64,000 bases of DNA from an uncultured delta proteobacterium. Lineage in GTDB: Bacteria; Desulfobacterota; Binatia; Binatales; Binataceae. The stretch's first letter is position 1, and each line of letters opens with the position of its first letter. This document shows positions 38,926 through 50,212 of this stretch, one piece after another. Position numbers and translations under genes: made by a program. The notes beneath the pieces are model-generated. The model was not told the origin of the DNA. It worked only from the letters and a program-made list of their open reading frames with translations, and did not search any database. The stretch is taken from assembly GCA_963711565.1 (NCBI GenBank), contig CAVQEQ010000002.1, positions 32,001 through 96,000 on the forward strand, read 5' to 3'.

Positions 38926-39959
38926 AGCGAAAGCGGTCTCCGGCCCTCGCGGCGCAGCATATAGATGAAGAAGGGGCCGCCGCATAGCGCGGTGATCGCG
39001 CCGACGGGAATTTCTGACGGTGCGATTGCTACGCGTGCGAGCAAATCCGCCGCGACCATGAATGCAGCGCCGCCAATCAGCGACGCCGGCAGCAGCAGCC
39101 GATGATCGGCGCCGAACATCAAGCGCAGAGTATGAGGAACGATCAGTCCGACGAACGAAATGATCCCGCTGACGGAAACCGCGGCGCCGATCATGACCGA
39201 AGTCGCGACGAAGATCGTGCGCCGAAGACTGTCCACGTCAACGCCAAGTTCCGCGGCGGACTCGTCGCCGAGACTGAGCAGGTTCAGGTCGCGCGCGTGA
39301 TACATCAGGACCGCAAAGCCGGCCAGTCCCAACACTGCGACCATCGCCGCTTCGCCATACGTCGGCGCTTCGAGACTGCCCATCAGCCAGAACAGGATGC
39401 TGTGCGCGAAGTAAAAATTTACGACGCTGTTCACGAGCATGATTGCCGCGCCCCAGAACGAGTTGAAGATGACGCCGACCAGCAGCAACGTGAACGGCTC
39501 GAGCTGGCCGTCAACCATCGCGAGCCGATAAACCGCGACAGTCGAGAGAAGTGCCGCGCCAAATGCGCACAGCGGGACGGTCGCCTCGCCACCGCCGATT
39601 TTCGCCGACAGCACGAGCGCGAGAATCGCGCCGAACGCGCCGCCACCGGAGATTCCGAGGATGCCGCCCTCGGCCAGCGGATTGCGCACGAGGGCTTGCA
39701 GAGCCGTTCCAACTGCCGCGAGCATCGCGCCGACGATCACTCCCATCAATACGCGCGGCAATCGGGCGGCGAAAAAAATCGCGTGATCGGGACTGTCGGG
39801 ATCAGAAAACGCGCGCGCGAGGCTGATATGCGCAGTGCCGAACAATAGGCCCGCGACCGCACAAACGATCAGCAGAATTACAAGCACGCCCAGGATCGAG
39901 AGCAGCCGAGCGCGCGTCAGGTGCGCAGCCGGTGCGGGTTTGCTTGCCGGTGCGTTCAC
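38922..39959 (-). CDS. FecCD/BtuC-family ABC permease
   Basis: RLPRVL, QALVRNPLA, FVGLIVPH, EIPVG; likely GTG start overlapping the upstream stop (GTGA). Confidence 0.88.
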   Translation of the reverse strand: MNAPASKPAPAAHLTRARLLSILGVLVILLIVCAVAGLLFGTAHISLARAFSDPDSPDHAIFFAARLPRVLMGVIVGAMLAAVGTALQALVRNPLAEGGILGISGGGAFGAILALVLSAKIGGGEATVPLCAFGAALLSTVAVYRLAMVDGQLEPFTLLLVGVIFNSFWGAAIMLVNSVVNFYFAHSILFWLMGSLEAPTYGEAAMVAVLGLAGFAVLMYHARDLNLLSLGDESAAELGVDVDSLRRTIFVATSVMIGAAVSVSGIISFVGLIVPHTLRLMFGADHRLLLPASLIGGAAFMVAADLLARVAIAPSEIPVGAITALCGGPFFIYMLRREGRRPLSL

Positions 39960-40817
39960 TTGTCGCCCCCTTGCCGCCATGCCTCGGGATGAATCTTGCG
40001 CGCGATTATCTTCGAGCGATTGCCCGACGCGCGGGCCGGCATGCAGCATCGGATCCTCGGCGTAGCCGTAAACGCGATGGTCACGCACGGCGGGAATCGT
40101 CGGATACTTCTCCCAGAAATCATCCGACGACGCGGAATCGGAACCCATCGCGCCGTCGAGGATAACTTCCGGACGCATCGCGATGATGAACTCCATACTG
40201 AGATGCGGCCACTGCTCGCCCGCCGCCGCCGCGATATTGTCGGCGCGCGCGATGCGCATCAGCTCGTCGAGGTAAGTGCCGGTGCCGACCGCGACGATCG
40301 GCTGATGACCGACGAGCATCAACGCGCGCACCGGCTTGACGCTCGCGAGACGTTGTTGGATCGCAGCGATCTGGGCCTCAATCTCCGCGACGAGCCGATC
40401 CGCGTCGTCTGGACGACTTATTCGCGCGCCCACTTTTTCGATACTGTCTTCGATTTCTTGCAAAGAGTCGTCGCTTACCAGCAGCACCGGATAGCCCATC
40501 GAGTTCAACGCGCGAATCTGGCGCACGTCCGACGACAGTTCAAGCCCGACCACCAGTGTGGGCCGCAGCGCGATGATCGCCTCGAGATTCGGCGTCAGAA
40601 AAGAACCGACGCGCGGCAGCGCGAGCACCTGCGGCGGGTAGTCGCAGTATTGCGAGACGCCGACGACCTCGGCACCCGCGCCCAGCGCGAACAGCGTCTC
40701 GGTGACGCTCGGCGCCAGCGACACGATTCGCATCGACGCAGCCGCGTTCGCCGCGGGAGCGAACGCCAGTACGCACAGGCAGAGCGCGGCGGCGGCCGCG
40801 AGTCGGGAAAAAGCCAC
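39956..40817 (-). CDS. BtuF-like ABC substrate-binding protein; one extra base near 40010 fuses it to the permease in the ORF track
   Basis: Signal peptide, RIVSLAPSVTETLFALG, CDYP. Removing one A gives LEIIARKIHPEAWRQGGDK* ending in a GTGA overlap. Confidence 0.8.
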
Positions 40818-40921
40818 ATCGCGAAACTACCTGATCGGACCGGCGCCCGTAAGCGCTCCCGCCGCTTTGTTGCATCGACGCGACGCGCTCAACTAGCCTC
40901 GTCGGGACGAGGAATATCGCT

Positions 40922-42745
40922 GTGCTCAAGATTGCCGTTTGCATCAAGCAGATTCCGCTGATCGAGGAAGCGAACTTCGACGCTGTCACCAAAACGATCA
41001 AGCGCGACGGGCCCAACGTGATCAGCTCATACGACCTGCGCGCGATCTCGCTCGCCGTCGAGCTGAAAAATCGCCACGGCGCCGAAACTACTGTCGTCAC
41101 GATGGGACCGCCCCAGGCGCGCGGCGCGCTCGTCGATGCGCTCGCGATGGGAATGGATCACGCTGTGCACCTTGAAGATCGTGCCTTCGCCGGCGCGGAC
41201 ACGCTGGCGACGGCTCGTGCGCTCGCGGCTTGGCTGGCGCGCGGAAATTTCGATCTCGTCATGCTCGGCAAGTATTCGCTCGACGCGGAGACCGGTCAGG
41301 TCGGTCCCGAGATCGCAGAGCTGATCGGCGCAGCGCAAATCACCGGTGCGCGAAAATTGGAAATCGAGGGCCGCACGCTTCGCGCCGAGCGCGAAAGCGA
41401 CGAAGGCTTCGATGAAGTCGAGGCTGAGATGCCCGCGGTGATCACCTGTGCCGAGCGCGTCGCGCAGCCGGTCAAGGTCAAGCCCGGTGCGTCCGATGAA
41501 GCGGCCACCCAGCCGATCCAGGTCGTGCGCGCGGCGGAGCTCGGCGCCGACGCGAAAGAGTTCGGGCTCGCGGGCTCGCCGACATGGGTGCAGGAGGTGC
41601 GCGTCGTCGAGACGCCGAAGACCGAATGTAAATTTATCGACGCAACTGATGCCGAACGTGCCGCGACTGAAATCATGTCCGCGCTCGAAGCACTGAGCGC
41701 GCTCGAGCCGCGCGTGCACAATCGCCGCCCGATTGGCACGGTGCGTCGCGCAAGCAAGCGCGGTCGCGACGTCTGGATCGTCTGCGAGACCGACCTCGAA
41801 GGCCGCGTCACGCGCGGCACGCTCGAGCTGCTGTCACGCGGCGACGAGCTCGCATCACGACTCGGCGGCGCGCTCGTCGCGGTAGGAATCGACGCCACTG
41901 TCGCACGGCACGCGGGATTGCTCGCGAGTTTCGGCGCCGACCGCGTGCTGACGCTCGAGCATCCCGCTCTTGTTTCCTACACTCCCGAGACGGCCGCCGA
42001 CGCAGTCGCGTCAATCGTTTCGACGCGCGCGCCGTGGGGGATTTTGATCGGCGCGACCGAGCACGGGCGCGATTGGGGACCTCGGCTCGCGGCGCGGCTG
42101 GGCCTTGGGCTCACCGGCGACGCGATCGATATCGAGCTCGATTCCGAGAATCGGATGGTCGCGCTCAAGCCGGCTTTCGGCGGCAACATCGTCGCGCCGA
42201 TTTACTCGAACACCTTTCCGCAGATGGCGACGGTCAGGCCAGGCGTGCTCGAACTCGCGGCGCCATCTGAAACCAGGCAAGCCGAAGTTCAGATTGTGCG
42301 GGTCGAGATCAGTCCGCCGAAAAGCCGGCTCGTAAAAGCGCACTCGACCCTCGACCCCACCGTCGCGCCGCTCGAAGGCGCCGAAGTTGTCGTCGGTATC
42401 GGCACCGGAGTCGGCGGGCCGGAGGGCGTCGCGAAAGTCGCTGCGTTTGCGCGAACTCTCGGCGCCGCGATGTGCGCGACGCGCCGCGTTACCGATCAAG
42501 GATGGGTGCCGCGGCAGTTGCAGGTCGGCCTGACCGGCAAATCGATCGACCCGCGACTCTACATTGCAATCGGCGTGCGCGGCGCGCCCAATCACACCTG
42601 CGGCCTCAAGCGCGCGCAGACGGTGGTCGCGATCAACAACGACGCCGACGCGCTGATCTTCGAGCGCGCGAATATCGGGCTGGTCGCCGACTGGCAGACT
42701 GTGCTGCCCGCGTTGCAGGACGCTTTCCAGCGCCGGCTTCAGTGA
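40922..42745 (+). CDS. Fused electron transfer flavoprotein beta-alpha
   Basis: Beta part: IAVCIKQIP, TMGPPQA, GADTLATA. Alpha part: PQMATVRPG, QVGLTGK, AINND. Confidence 0.9.
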   Translation: MLKIAVCIKQIPLIEEANFDAVTKTIKRDGPNVISSYDLRAISLAVELKNRHGAETTVVTMGPPQARGALVDALAMGMDHAVHLEDRAFAGADTLATARALAAWLARGNFDLVMLGKYSLDAETGQVGPEIAELIGAAQITGARKLEIEGRTLRAERESDEGFDEVEAEMPAVITCAERVAQPVKVKPGASDEAATQPIQVVRAAELGADAKEFGLAGSPTWVQEVRVVETPKTECKFIDATDAERAATEIMSALEALSALEPRVHNRRPIGTVRRASKRGRDVWIVCETDLEGRVTRGTLELLSRGDELASRLGGALVAVGIDATVARHAGLLASFGADRVLTLEHPALVSYTPETAADAVASIVSTRAPWGILIGATEHGRDWGPRLAARLGLGLTGDAIDIELDSENRMVALKPAFGGNIVAPIYSNTFPQMATVRPGVLELAAPSETRQAEVQIVRVEISPPKSRLVKAHSTLDPTVAPLEGAEVVVGIGTGVGGPEGVAKVAAFARTLGAAMCATRRVTDQGWVPRQLQVGLTGKSIDPRLYIAIGVRGAPNHTCGLKRAQTVVAINNDADALIFERANIGLVADWQTVLPALQDAFQRRLQ

Positions 42746-42749
42746 TCGG

Positions 42750-43823
42750 CTACGCGCGGATTTCGTAGAGCGCTGAAAATAGATCGTCGATCGGCAGCCG
42801 CCGAAAATGCTTGAACCCCGCGCCCACGACCAGCTCGCGCGCCTTTGCCTCGCCCATGCACGCGCCGATGCCCGCGCCGCCGTGCGCGAGCAACGTCGTC
42901 ATGCAGTAGAGCGTGCTCATCGAGTACATCAGCCGGCCCAGCGGATTGATGTTGTCTTCGAGCTTCGACGACACGTTCACCTCGACCATCAGGTAAGTTC
43001 CGTCGGGTTTGAGCGCGGCGCGAATCGATTTCAGCAGCGCGTCGGGATCGACGGAATCGTGCACGACGTCGAAGGTCGAGATGAAATCAAATTGCGCGGC
43101 GGGCAGCCTCGTGCAATCGACGACTTCAAACTTGATTCTGTCGCCCAGGCCGGCCGCTTTCACGTTCGCACGCGCGCGCTCCAGCGAACCGCCATGCGCG
43201 TCGAAGCCGAAGACTTTGGCCTTGGGAAATGCGGACGCGATCGCGATCGCCGCGCGCCCGCTCCCACAGCCAACGTCGAGCGACGAGCCGCCTTCAGTCA
43301 GCTTGGCGACAACTTGGGGCATCGTCGGCAGCCACTTGCGAACCAGCTGATGCCGGTACATCGAGGCCGACGAACGCTCCATCGCTTCCCACGTCTCGGG
43401 CGGATATTCGCTCTGCGAAACGCCGCGTCCGTTCTTGAATGACTCGAGCACCTTCGGCGCGATCGACATCTGCGGGACGATCATTTCGATAAAGCCGCCG
43501 GCAAAGAACGGCGAGTCGTCGCGCGCAAGCACCATCGCATGCTCAGCCGGCATCGCGTAGGTCTTTGCCGCGGCGTCGTAGTTCACGTAGCCGGCGGCGG
43601 TCATCGCGCTCAGCCATTCCCGCAGATAGCGCTCACTGAGTCCCGTCTTTTCCGCGAGCTGCGCGCTAGTGACCGCTCCGGCTCCCGCCAGCGCACTGAA
43701 GATCCCAAGGCGATCGCCGATATAACTCAACGCACCAAGCATCGCGGCGCCGATATCATTCGACACCTGCTTCGAGAATTTCTTGATCTTGTCCCAATCG
43801 AGCTGCTGCTTGTCGTCGGCCAT
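42750..43823 (-). CDS. HTH-containing SAM-dependent methyltransferase
   Basis: GLSERYLREWL, LDVGCGSG, FDVVHD. Confidence 0.9.
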   Translation of the reverse strand: MADDKQQLDWDKIKKFSKQVSNDIGAAMLGALSYIGDRLGIFSALAGAGAVTSAQLAEKTGLSERYLREWLSAMTAAGYVNYDAAAKTYAMPAEHAMVLARDDSPFFAGGFIEMIVPQMSIAPKVLESFKNGRGVSQSEYPPETWEAMERSSASMYRHQLVRKWLPTMPQVVAKLTEGGSSLDVGCGSGRAAIAIASAFPKAKVFGFDAHGGSLERARANVKAAGLGDRIKFEVVDCTRLPAAQFDFISTFDVVHDSVDPDALLKSIRAALKPDGTYLMVEVNVSSKLEDNINPLGRLMYSMSTLYCMTTLLAHGGAGIGACMGEAKARELVVGAGFKHFRRLPIDDLFSALYEIRA

Positions 43824-43878
43824 CGTGTTCCTCCGGAGACCGGCAGTATCGATCAATTCAGGCGTCGTCGGCTAGCGC

Positions 43879-46215
43879 TCAGATCTCTGGATCTGCGGTT
43901 GGCTCTTCCGGTTTCGCCGGCGGGGCACCGAATAGCGAGAGCTGATTCGGATTGTCCGCGGTTTCTACGACTGGCACGAACAGGCCGGGCTTCTCGACGA
44001 AGATGCGAAATTTTTCGTAAAGGTCGGCGAGCTTGTACTGATAGTACTCGACGTTTTCGTCGGGCTCGCGCGGATTGTACTCCGCCGCCATCTTTGCGAA
44101 CGCGTTCACACTCGCGGTCGCGCGGCGCCCGGTGACGTAATATGAAATCTGGTCGCCGGGAAGGTATGGGCGCTCGGCTTTGAGCGCGAGTTCGTAGGCC
44201 GCGGCGAGATTGCGGCTGTTGTCGCCGATTTTGCTGCGATACGTATCGAGCGAATCCTGCAGCGTCTCGGTCTTCATCAGGTCTTCGATTCCAATTTCGT
44301 GGCGTGCGAGCCGCGCGCGATATTCGTCGTGCAGTTTTGGAATTTCGTCGCGCCGATCCTCGAGCAGCAGGCGGAACATCTGCTCCATGAAACGGCGCTG
44401 GAAGCGTTCGAGTCCCCGCGAGCGCAATCCCGAGCCGCGAATCGTCATCTTCCCGGCGTTATCCTGCAGGACGTAATTTTTCATCTTGTACGAGAACATC
44501 GCGGCGTAACGGCCGTCGATCTCGAGCCGTATTCCTTCGGGCATGATCGAGCCGACCTGTTCCAGGAGCCTTTCCGCGCCTTTCTCGTCGGCGGCATCGG
44601 GCGGCGGCACGAAATAGATTCCGTCGGTATCGACCTCGATCACCTGCGCGCCGCGCTCCTCGAGTTCCGCCACTGCGCGTTGAATCAGATCGCGTCCGCG
44701 CTTCGTCAATGCGTTCGCCTCGCTGAAGTCATTGAAATGCCCCAGCGAAAATCCCAGGTAGCCGTAAAATGAATTGATCAGAATCTTGAACGTGAGCTGG
44801 AGCGCGTCGGCGTTGCGGCGCTCGCTCCCCTTGAGTTCGCGCGCGAGCGCCTTGGCCTGCACCCGGAAGCTGCGCAGATCGCCGAGCAGCTTGAGGAATA
44901 CGCCCAGCCGATCGGCGGCCGGCGCATGCCGATATTGCAGCATCAGCGACGGATAGAGCGACGTCACGTCGCAGTGCAGGACGCCATGCGCGACGCCGCT
45001 TCGCCGCATCTCGGTGTAACCGCCGGCGACCGGCGCGGGTGGCGACGGCTCGGGAATCGAATGTCCAGCGGCCAGGTACGCGCGCATCATCAGCGCGTCG
45101 ATCTTGGTCGCGTTGCCGCGCAGCACCGCGCTCTGGTACGAGTACGGAAAAATCTGCGCCTGCACGAAATAGCTGGGCGAGAGCGTCTCGGCCAGCGCCC
45201 GGGTCTCGCGAGCGTCGTCGAGCGCGTACTCGTAGAGCTTGTCGGGATCGTGCGCGAAGTAGTGGCTGATCTTTGACGCGTCGATATACACGCGATCCTT
45301 GCGCGCCAGTCCGAAATGTTGCGCAAGCTGCTTCAGCCCGAGGCTCTCCAGTTCGCGGCTCGAAATGTCGTAGTGCTGCGCGAGGATCCACGTGTCGATG
45401 ATGTTGCGGCCGGGGATGTCGTAGCGGCGGTAGGCGATCGAGCGTTCCGCAATTTGCATGCGCGACGGCCGCGCACGCAGCTCGCCGCCGTCGCGCCCCA
45501 GTCTCAACGGCACGCGATGGCGGCGCGCGCGCGTCTCCAGGTATTCAAGATCGAAGCGAAACAGGTTGTGCCCTTCGACGACATCGGGATCGCGCTCCTG
45601 GACGATACGCACCATCTCCTCGAGCATCAAGCGCTCGTCCATCTCGGTGCCTTTGAGCAGGCGCTCGAAGCCAGTCGAGTCGGTGAGCGAGATCGCAATC
45701 ACTCGATCGCCTTCGCGAGCCGCCGACGGAAACTCAAACCCCGGCGAGATGTAGGTCTCGATATCAAGCTGGAGACGGCGTAGCTCGGCGAAATCCATCC
45801 CGATGAAAAACGTCGTCCCGGTGAGCATCAGGTGCTGCTCGACCGGATCGGCCAGCACGAGATACGGCGCGTCAGGCGCATTGGGTGCCTTGCCCGTCTC
45901 GTTCCGGAGATGCCGTCTGGCGGTTTCCAGAGTTTCCAGCGAAGCGAAGGTGACGAGCACCCGGTAGCGGAAATCGCCGTCGAGCACGCGCGTCTCATGT
46001 GGCGCCTTGAAGCCTTCGAGCATCGACGCATTCTCGATCAGAGCGAACAGCCGAATCGGACGACGCTCGCGCGTGAGCCGGCCGGAGAGTCGCCGGTAAA
46101 CGTCGATCTCGGTCTTCGATGCGACCTCGACCGCGACCACGCTGGGGTCGGCAGGATCGCCGAACAGCAAACGGTTGCTGTAAAACTGCGCCGAAATTTC
46201 CTGGTACGTCGTCAT
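43879..46215 (-). CDS. Family B DNA polymerase with 3'-5' exonuclease
   Basis: Exonuclease motifs DIET, GHNLFRFD, YALDD; polymerase motifs DVTSLYPS, KILINSFYG, VDTDG. Confidence 0.92.
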   Translation of the reverse strand: MTTYQEISAQFYSNRLLFGDPADPSVVAVEVASKTEIDVYRRLSGRLTRERRPIRLFALIENASMLEGFKAPHETRVLDGDFRYRVLVTFASLETLETARRHLRNETGKAPNAPDAPYLVLADPVEQHLMLTGTTFFIGMDFAELRRLQLDIETYISPGFEFPSAAREGDRVIAISLTDSTGFERLLKGTEMDERLMLEEMVRIVQERDPDVVEGHNLFRFDLEYLETRARRHRVPLRLGRDGGELRARPSRMQIAERSIAYRRYDIPGRNIIDTWILAQHYDISSRELESLGLKQLAQHFGLARKDRVYIDASKISHYFAHDPDKLYEYALDDARETRALAETLSPSYFVQAQIFPYSYQSAVLRGNATKIDALMMRAYLAAGHSIPEPSPPAPVAGGYTEMRRSGVAHGVLHCDVTSLYPSLMLQYRHAPAADRLGVFLKLLGDLRSFRVQAKALARELKGSERRNADALQLTFKILINSFYGYLGFSLGHFNDFSEANALTKRGRDLIQRAVAELEERGAQVIEVDTDGIYFVPPPDAADEKGAERLLEQVGSIMPEGIRLEIDGRYAAMFSYKMKNYVLQDNAGKMTIRGSGLRSRGLERFQRRFMEQMFRLLLEDRRDEIPKLHDEYRARLARHEIGIEDLMKTETLQDSLDTYRSKIGDNSRNLAAAYELALKAERPYLPGDQISYYVTGRRATASVNAFAKMAAEYNPREPDENVEYYQYKLADLYEKFRIFVEKPGLFVPVVETADNPNQLSLFGAPPAKPEEPTADPEI

Positions 46216-46654
46216 CGCGGTTCGCGTGTCTCGATTGTGCACCCGCATGGTCGCATCAGACAACGCGTACGCGCGAACAGTTTCAGAGCACTCCGAGGTG
46301 GCCGAGCCCAATTAGAACAATCGTGTAAAAATCGGCGGCGATGCAGCCAAACCGGCAAATGATGCGTATAATATTTGTAGCGGCCACCGACGAGAGCGCG
46401 ACTTCGCGACAAGGCCGCACGGCAGAGCGTCATTCGCCCAATGATCGCGCGGCGAAAATGGAAAATAAGTTGACTCGGATAGCAGCGATCCTTAGACTGA
46501 GTCGTTGGTGTCGCTCACTTGCCTTTGTATTCTCGTCTGTATAAATGAGGCTACCTGATTCCCGGCTCGCGGTCGCAAGGGCGGCCGAATTGCGCGCCGA
46601 TTTTTCACGCATCGCATCGGCGGCCAACGTCCGCGCACAACGGAAGCAAAACGA

Positions 46655-48418
<1,764 letters not shown>

Positions 48419-48435
48419 TTCTCTCGCTTAAAAAT

Positions 48436-48574
48436 AGTGGGGCGGGCCGCCGTGCCCGCCATCGACGCGCGGGCGTTCGCTCCCGCACTTACCAATCAAT
48501 GACTCATCTTGCTTCTACCGAAGAGGCCTGCCTCTACAACCGGACGAGCGGCGGGCACGGCGGCCCGCCCCACT
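48436..48574. repeat. REP doublet (REPIN-like): perfect 25-bp inverted repeat
   Basis: AGTGGGGCGGGCCGCCGTGCCCGCC (48436-48460) and its exact reverse complement (48550-48574); each arm is itself an imperfect palindrome. Confidence 0.85.
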
Positions 48575-48670
48575 GACTCAAAGCCCGGTGCGGTCCGCGA
48601 CGATGAGTACCTGGCATCATTAGGTTCTTCAGGCATCCACCACGATCTTTTTGTGCTACGAATTCGGTCG

Positions 48671-50053
48671 ATGCCCTCGCGTCCGAACATCATCCTCATC
48701 CTCGCCGACGACATGGGTTACGGCGACTTCGGATGCTTCAACTACGGCGCCTCGCGCACGCCGACGCTCGACCATCTCGTCAACGAGGGAGTGTGCCTGA
48801 CGCAGCACTACTCGGCGTCTCCGGTTTGCGCGCCGGCGCGGGCGTCGTTGATGACTGGACGCTATCCGCATCGCACCGGCGTGATCGACACGCTTGAGAT
48901 CCGCGGCCTCGACCGCCTCGCGCTGCGCGAATTGACGGTGGCCGAACTGCTGAAACGCGCTGGCTACGTGACCGGCCTCGTCGGCAAATGGCACAACGGC
49001 GCGTACGATTCGCGCTACCATCCGAACCGCCGCGGCTTCGACGAATTCGCCGGATTCTCGGGCGGATGGCAGCCCTACTACCAGTGGAATCTCGATCGCA
49101 ACGGCTCATTCTCGCGCGGCGACGGCCGCTACTTGACGGACGTCTTCACCGAGGAGGCCACTGAGTTCATCCGGCGTCATCGCGCCGACCCGTTTTTTCT
49201 CCACCTCACGTACAACGCGCCGCATTTTCCGTTCGAGGCAGTCGAGGCCGACGCCGCACCGTACAAGGCGAGCGGCAACTTCACGCCCGCGGTCAGCCAA
49301 ATCTACGCGATGATCGAATGCATGGATCGCGGAATCGCGCGCGTGCTCGACGCGCTCGATAAGTCAGGCCTCACCGACAACACGATCGTGATGTTCACAA
49401 GCGACAACGGCCCGCAGTTCGGCGGCAAGGGCGAGATGTGCACCGACCGCTTCAACTGCGGCTTCGCGGGCTCGAAGCTGCTGGTGTACGAAGGCGGAAT
49501 CCGGTTGCCGATGGTGATCAGATGGCCGGCGGGGCTCGACGGACGCCGACAGGTCCACGACATGATTCATTTCACCGACTGGCTGCCGACGCTGCTCGCG
49601 ATTGCCGGCGCCGAGCCGCCGCGTGACCTCAAGCTCGACGGAATCGACGTGCTCCCTACGCTGCAAGGCGAGCGCGGCAAAGTCCCGACCGAACGCTTCT
49701 GGCAATGGAACCGCTACACGCCCGACGGTGAATGCAACGCTGCGATGCGCGACGGCCGCTGGAAGCTCGTGCGCCCCGCGATTCGCGAGCTGATGCAGGT
49801 CTCGAACGAGGACCTCGCGATGGACATCCAGTCGAAGTACAACCCCGAAAACTTCCACGACATCTCGCACGCACCCGAGCCCGACCGCATCAAACCAACG
49901 CCGCCGCCCGCGCAACTGTTCGACATCGTCAACGATCCCTTCGAGCGAATCGACCTCGCCGCGAAGGAACCCGCCCGCGTATCGAGGATGACCAACGCTC
50001 TCGCGTCATGGTTCGATGACGTCGAGCAAGACCGCCTCGCGATTCCTGATTGA
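48671..50053 (+). CDS. Formylglycine-dependent sulfatase
   Basis: PNIILILADDMG, CAPARASLMTGR, GKWH, SDNG. Confidence 0.92.
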   Translation: MPSRPNIILILADDMGYGDFGCFNYGASRTPTLDHLVNEGVCLTQHYSASPVCAPARASLMTGRYPHRTGVIDTLEIRGLDRLALRELTVAELLKRAGYVTGLVGKWHNGAYDSRYHPNRRGFDEFAGFSGGWQPYYQWNLDRNGSFSRGDGRYLTDVFTEEATEFIRRHRADPFFLHLTYNAPHFPFEAVEADAAPYKASGNFTPAVSQIYAMIECMDRGIARVLDALDKSGLTDNTIVMFTSDNGPQFGGKGEMCTDRFNCGFAGSKLLVYEGGIRLPMVIRWPAGLDGRRQVHDMIHFTDWLPTLLAIAGAEPPRDLKLDGIDVLPTLQGERGKVPTERFWQWNRYTPDGECNAAMRDGRWKLVRPAIRELMQVSNEDLAMDIQSKYNPENFHDISHAPEPDRIKPTPPPAQLFDIVNDPFERIDLAAKEPARVSRMTNALASWFDDVEQDRLAIPD

Positions 50054-50068
50054 AGAGACCAACCGTAA

Positions 50069-50121
50069 GTGAAACCCACCGTGGGTTTCACGCTTCCTTG
50101 GGCAGGGGTAACCCCTGCACC
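50069..50121 (+). repeat. Dispersed two-hairpin intergenic repeat, copy 2
   Basis: GTGAAACCCACCGTGGGTTTCAC-GCTTCCTTGG-GCAGGGGTAACCCCTGCAC. Confidence 0.88.
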
Positions 50122-50212
50122 TTAGGGTAGGATGGATTGAATTCATCCGGGGTGGTCTGATTTAAGAGTCTGCACAGGCACCTTCGCCACCGGCTTTTCC
50201 GATGGAGCGCAA

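Noticed and set aside
38922-40817. Novel BtuF-BtuC fusion protein (631 aa in ORF track)
   Set aside because: Removing one base restores a normal BtuF C-terminus with a GTGA stop/start overlap; most likely an indel artefact.
40818-40921. Cobalamin riboswitch upstream of the btu-like operon
   Set aside because: The intergenic space is only ~100 bp and I see no B12-box.
43879-46215. Phage, pipolin or casposon polymerase
   Set aside because: Codon style matches the host core, neighbours are housekeeping genes, and there is no integrase, cas1 or terminal repeat nearby.
48509-48670. Extended N-terminus of the sulfatase
   Set aside because: It is translated REP sequence; the family motif begins at MPSRPNIILI (48671).
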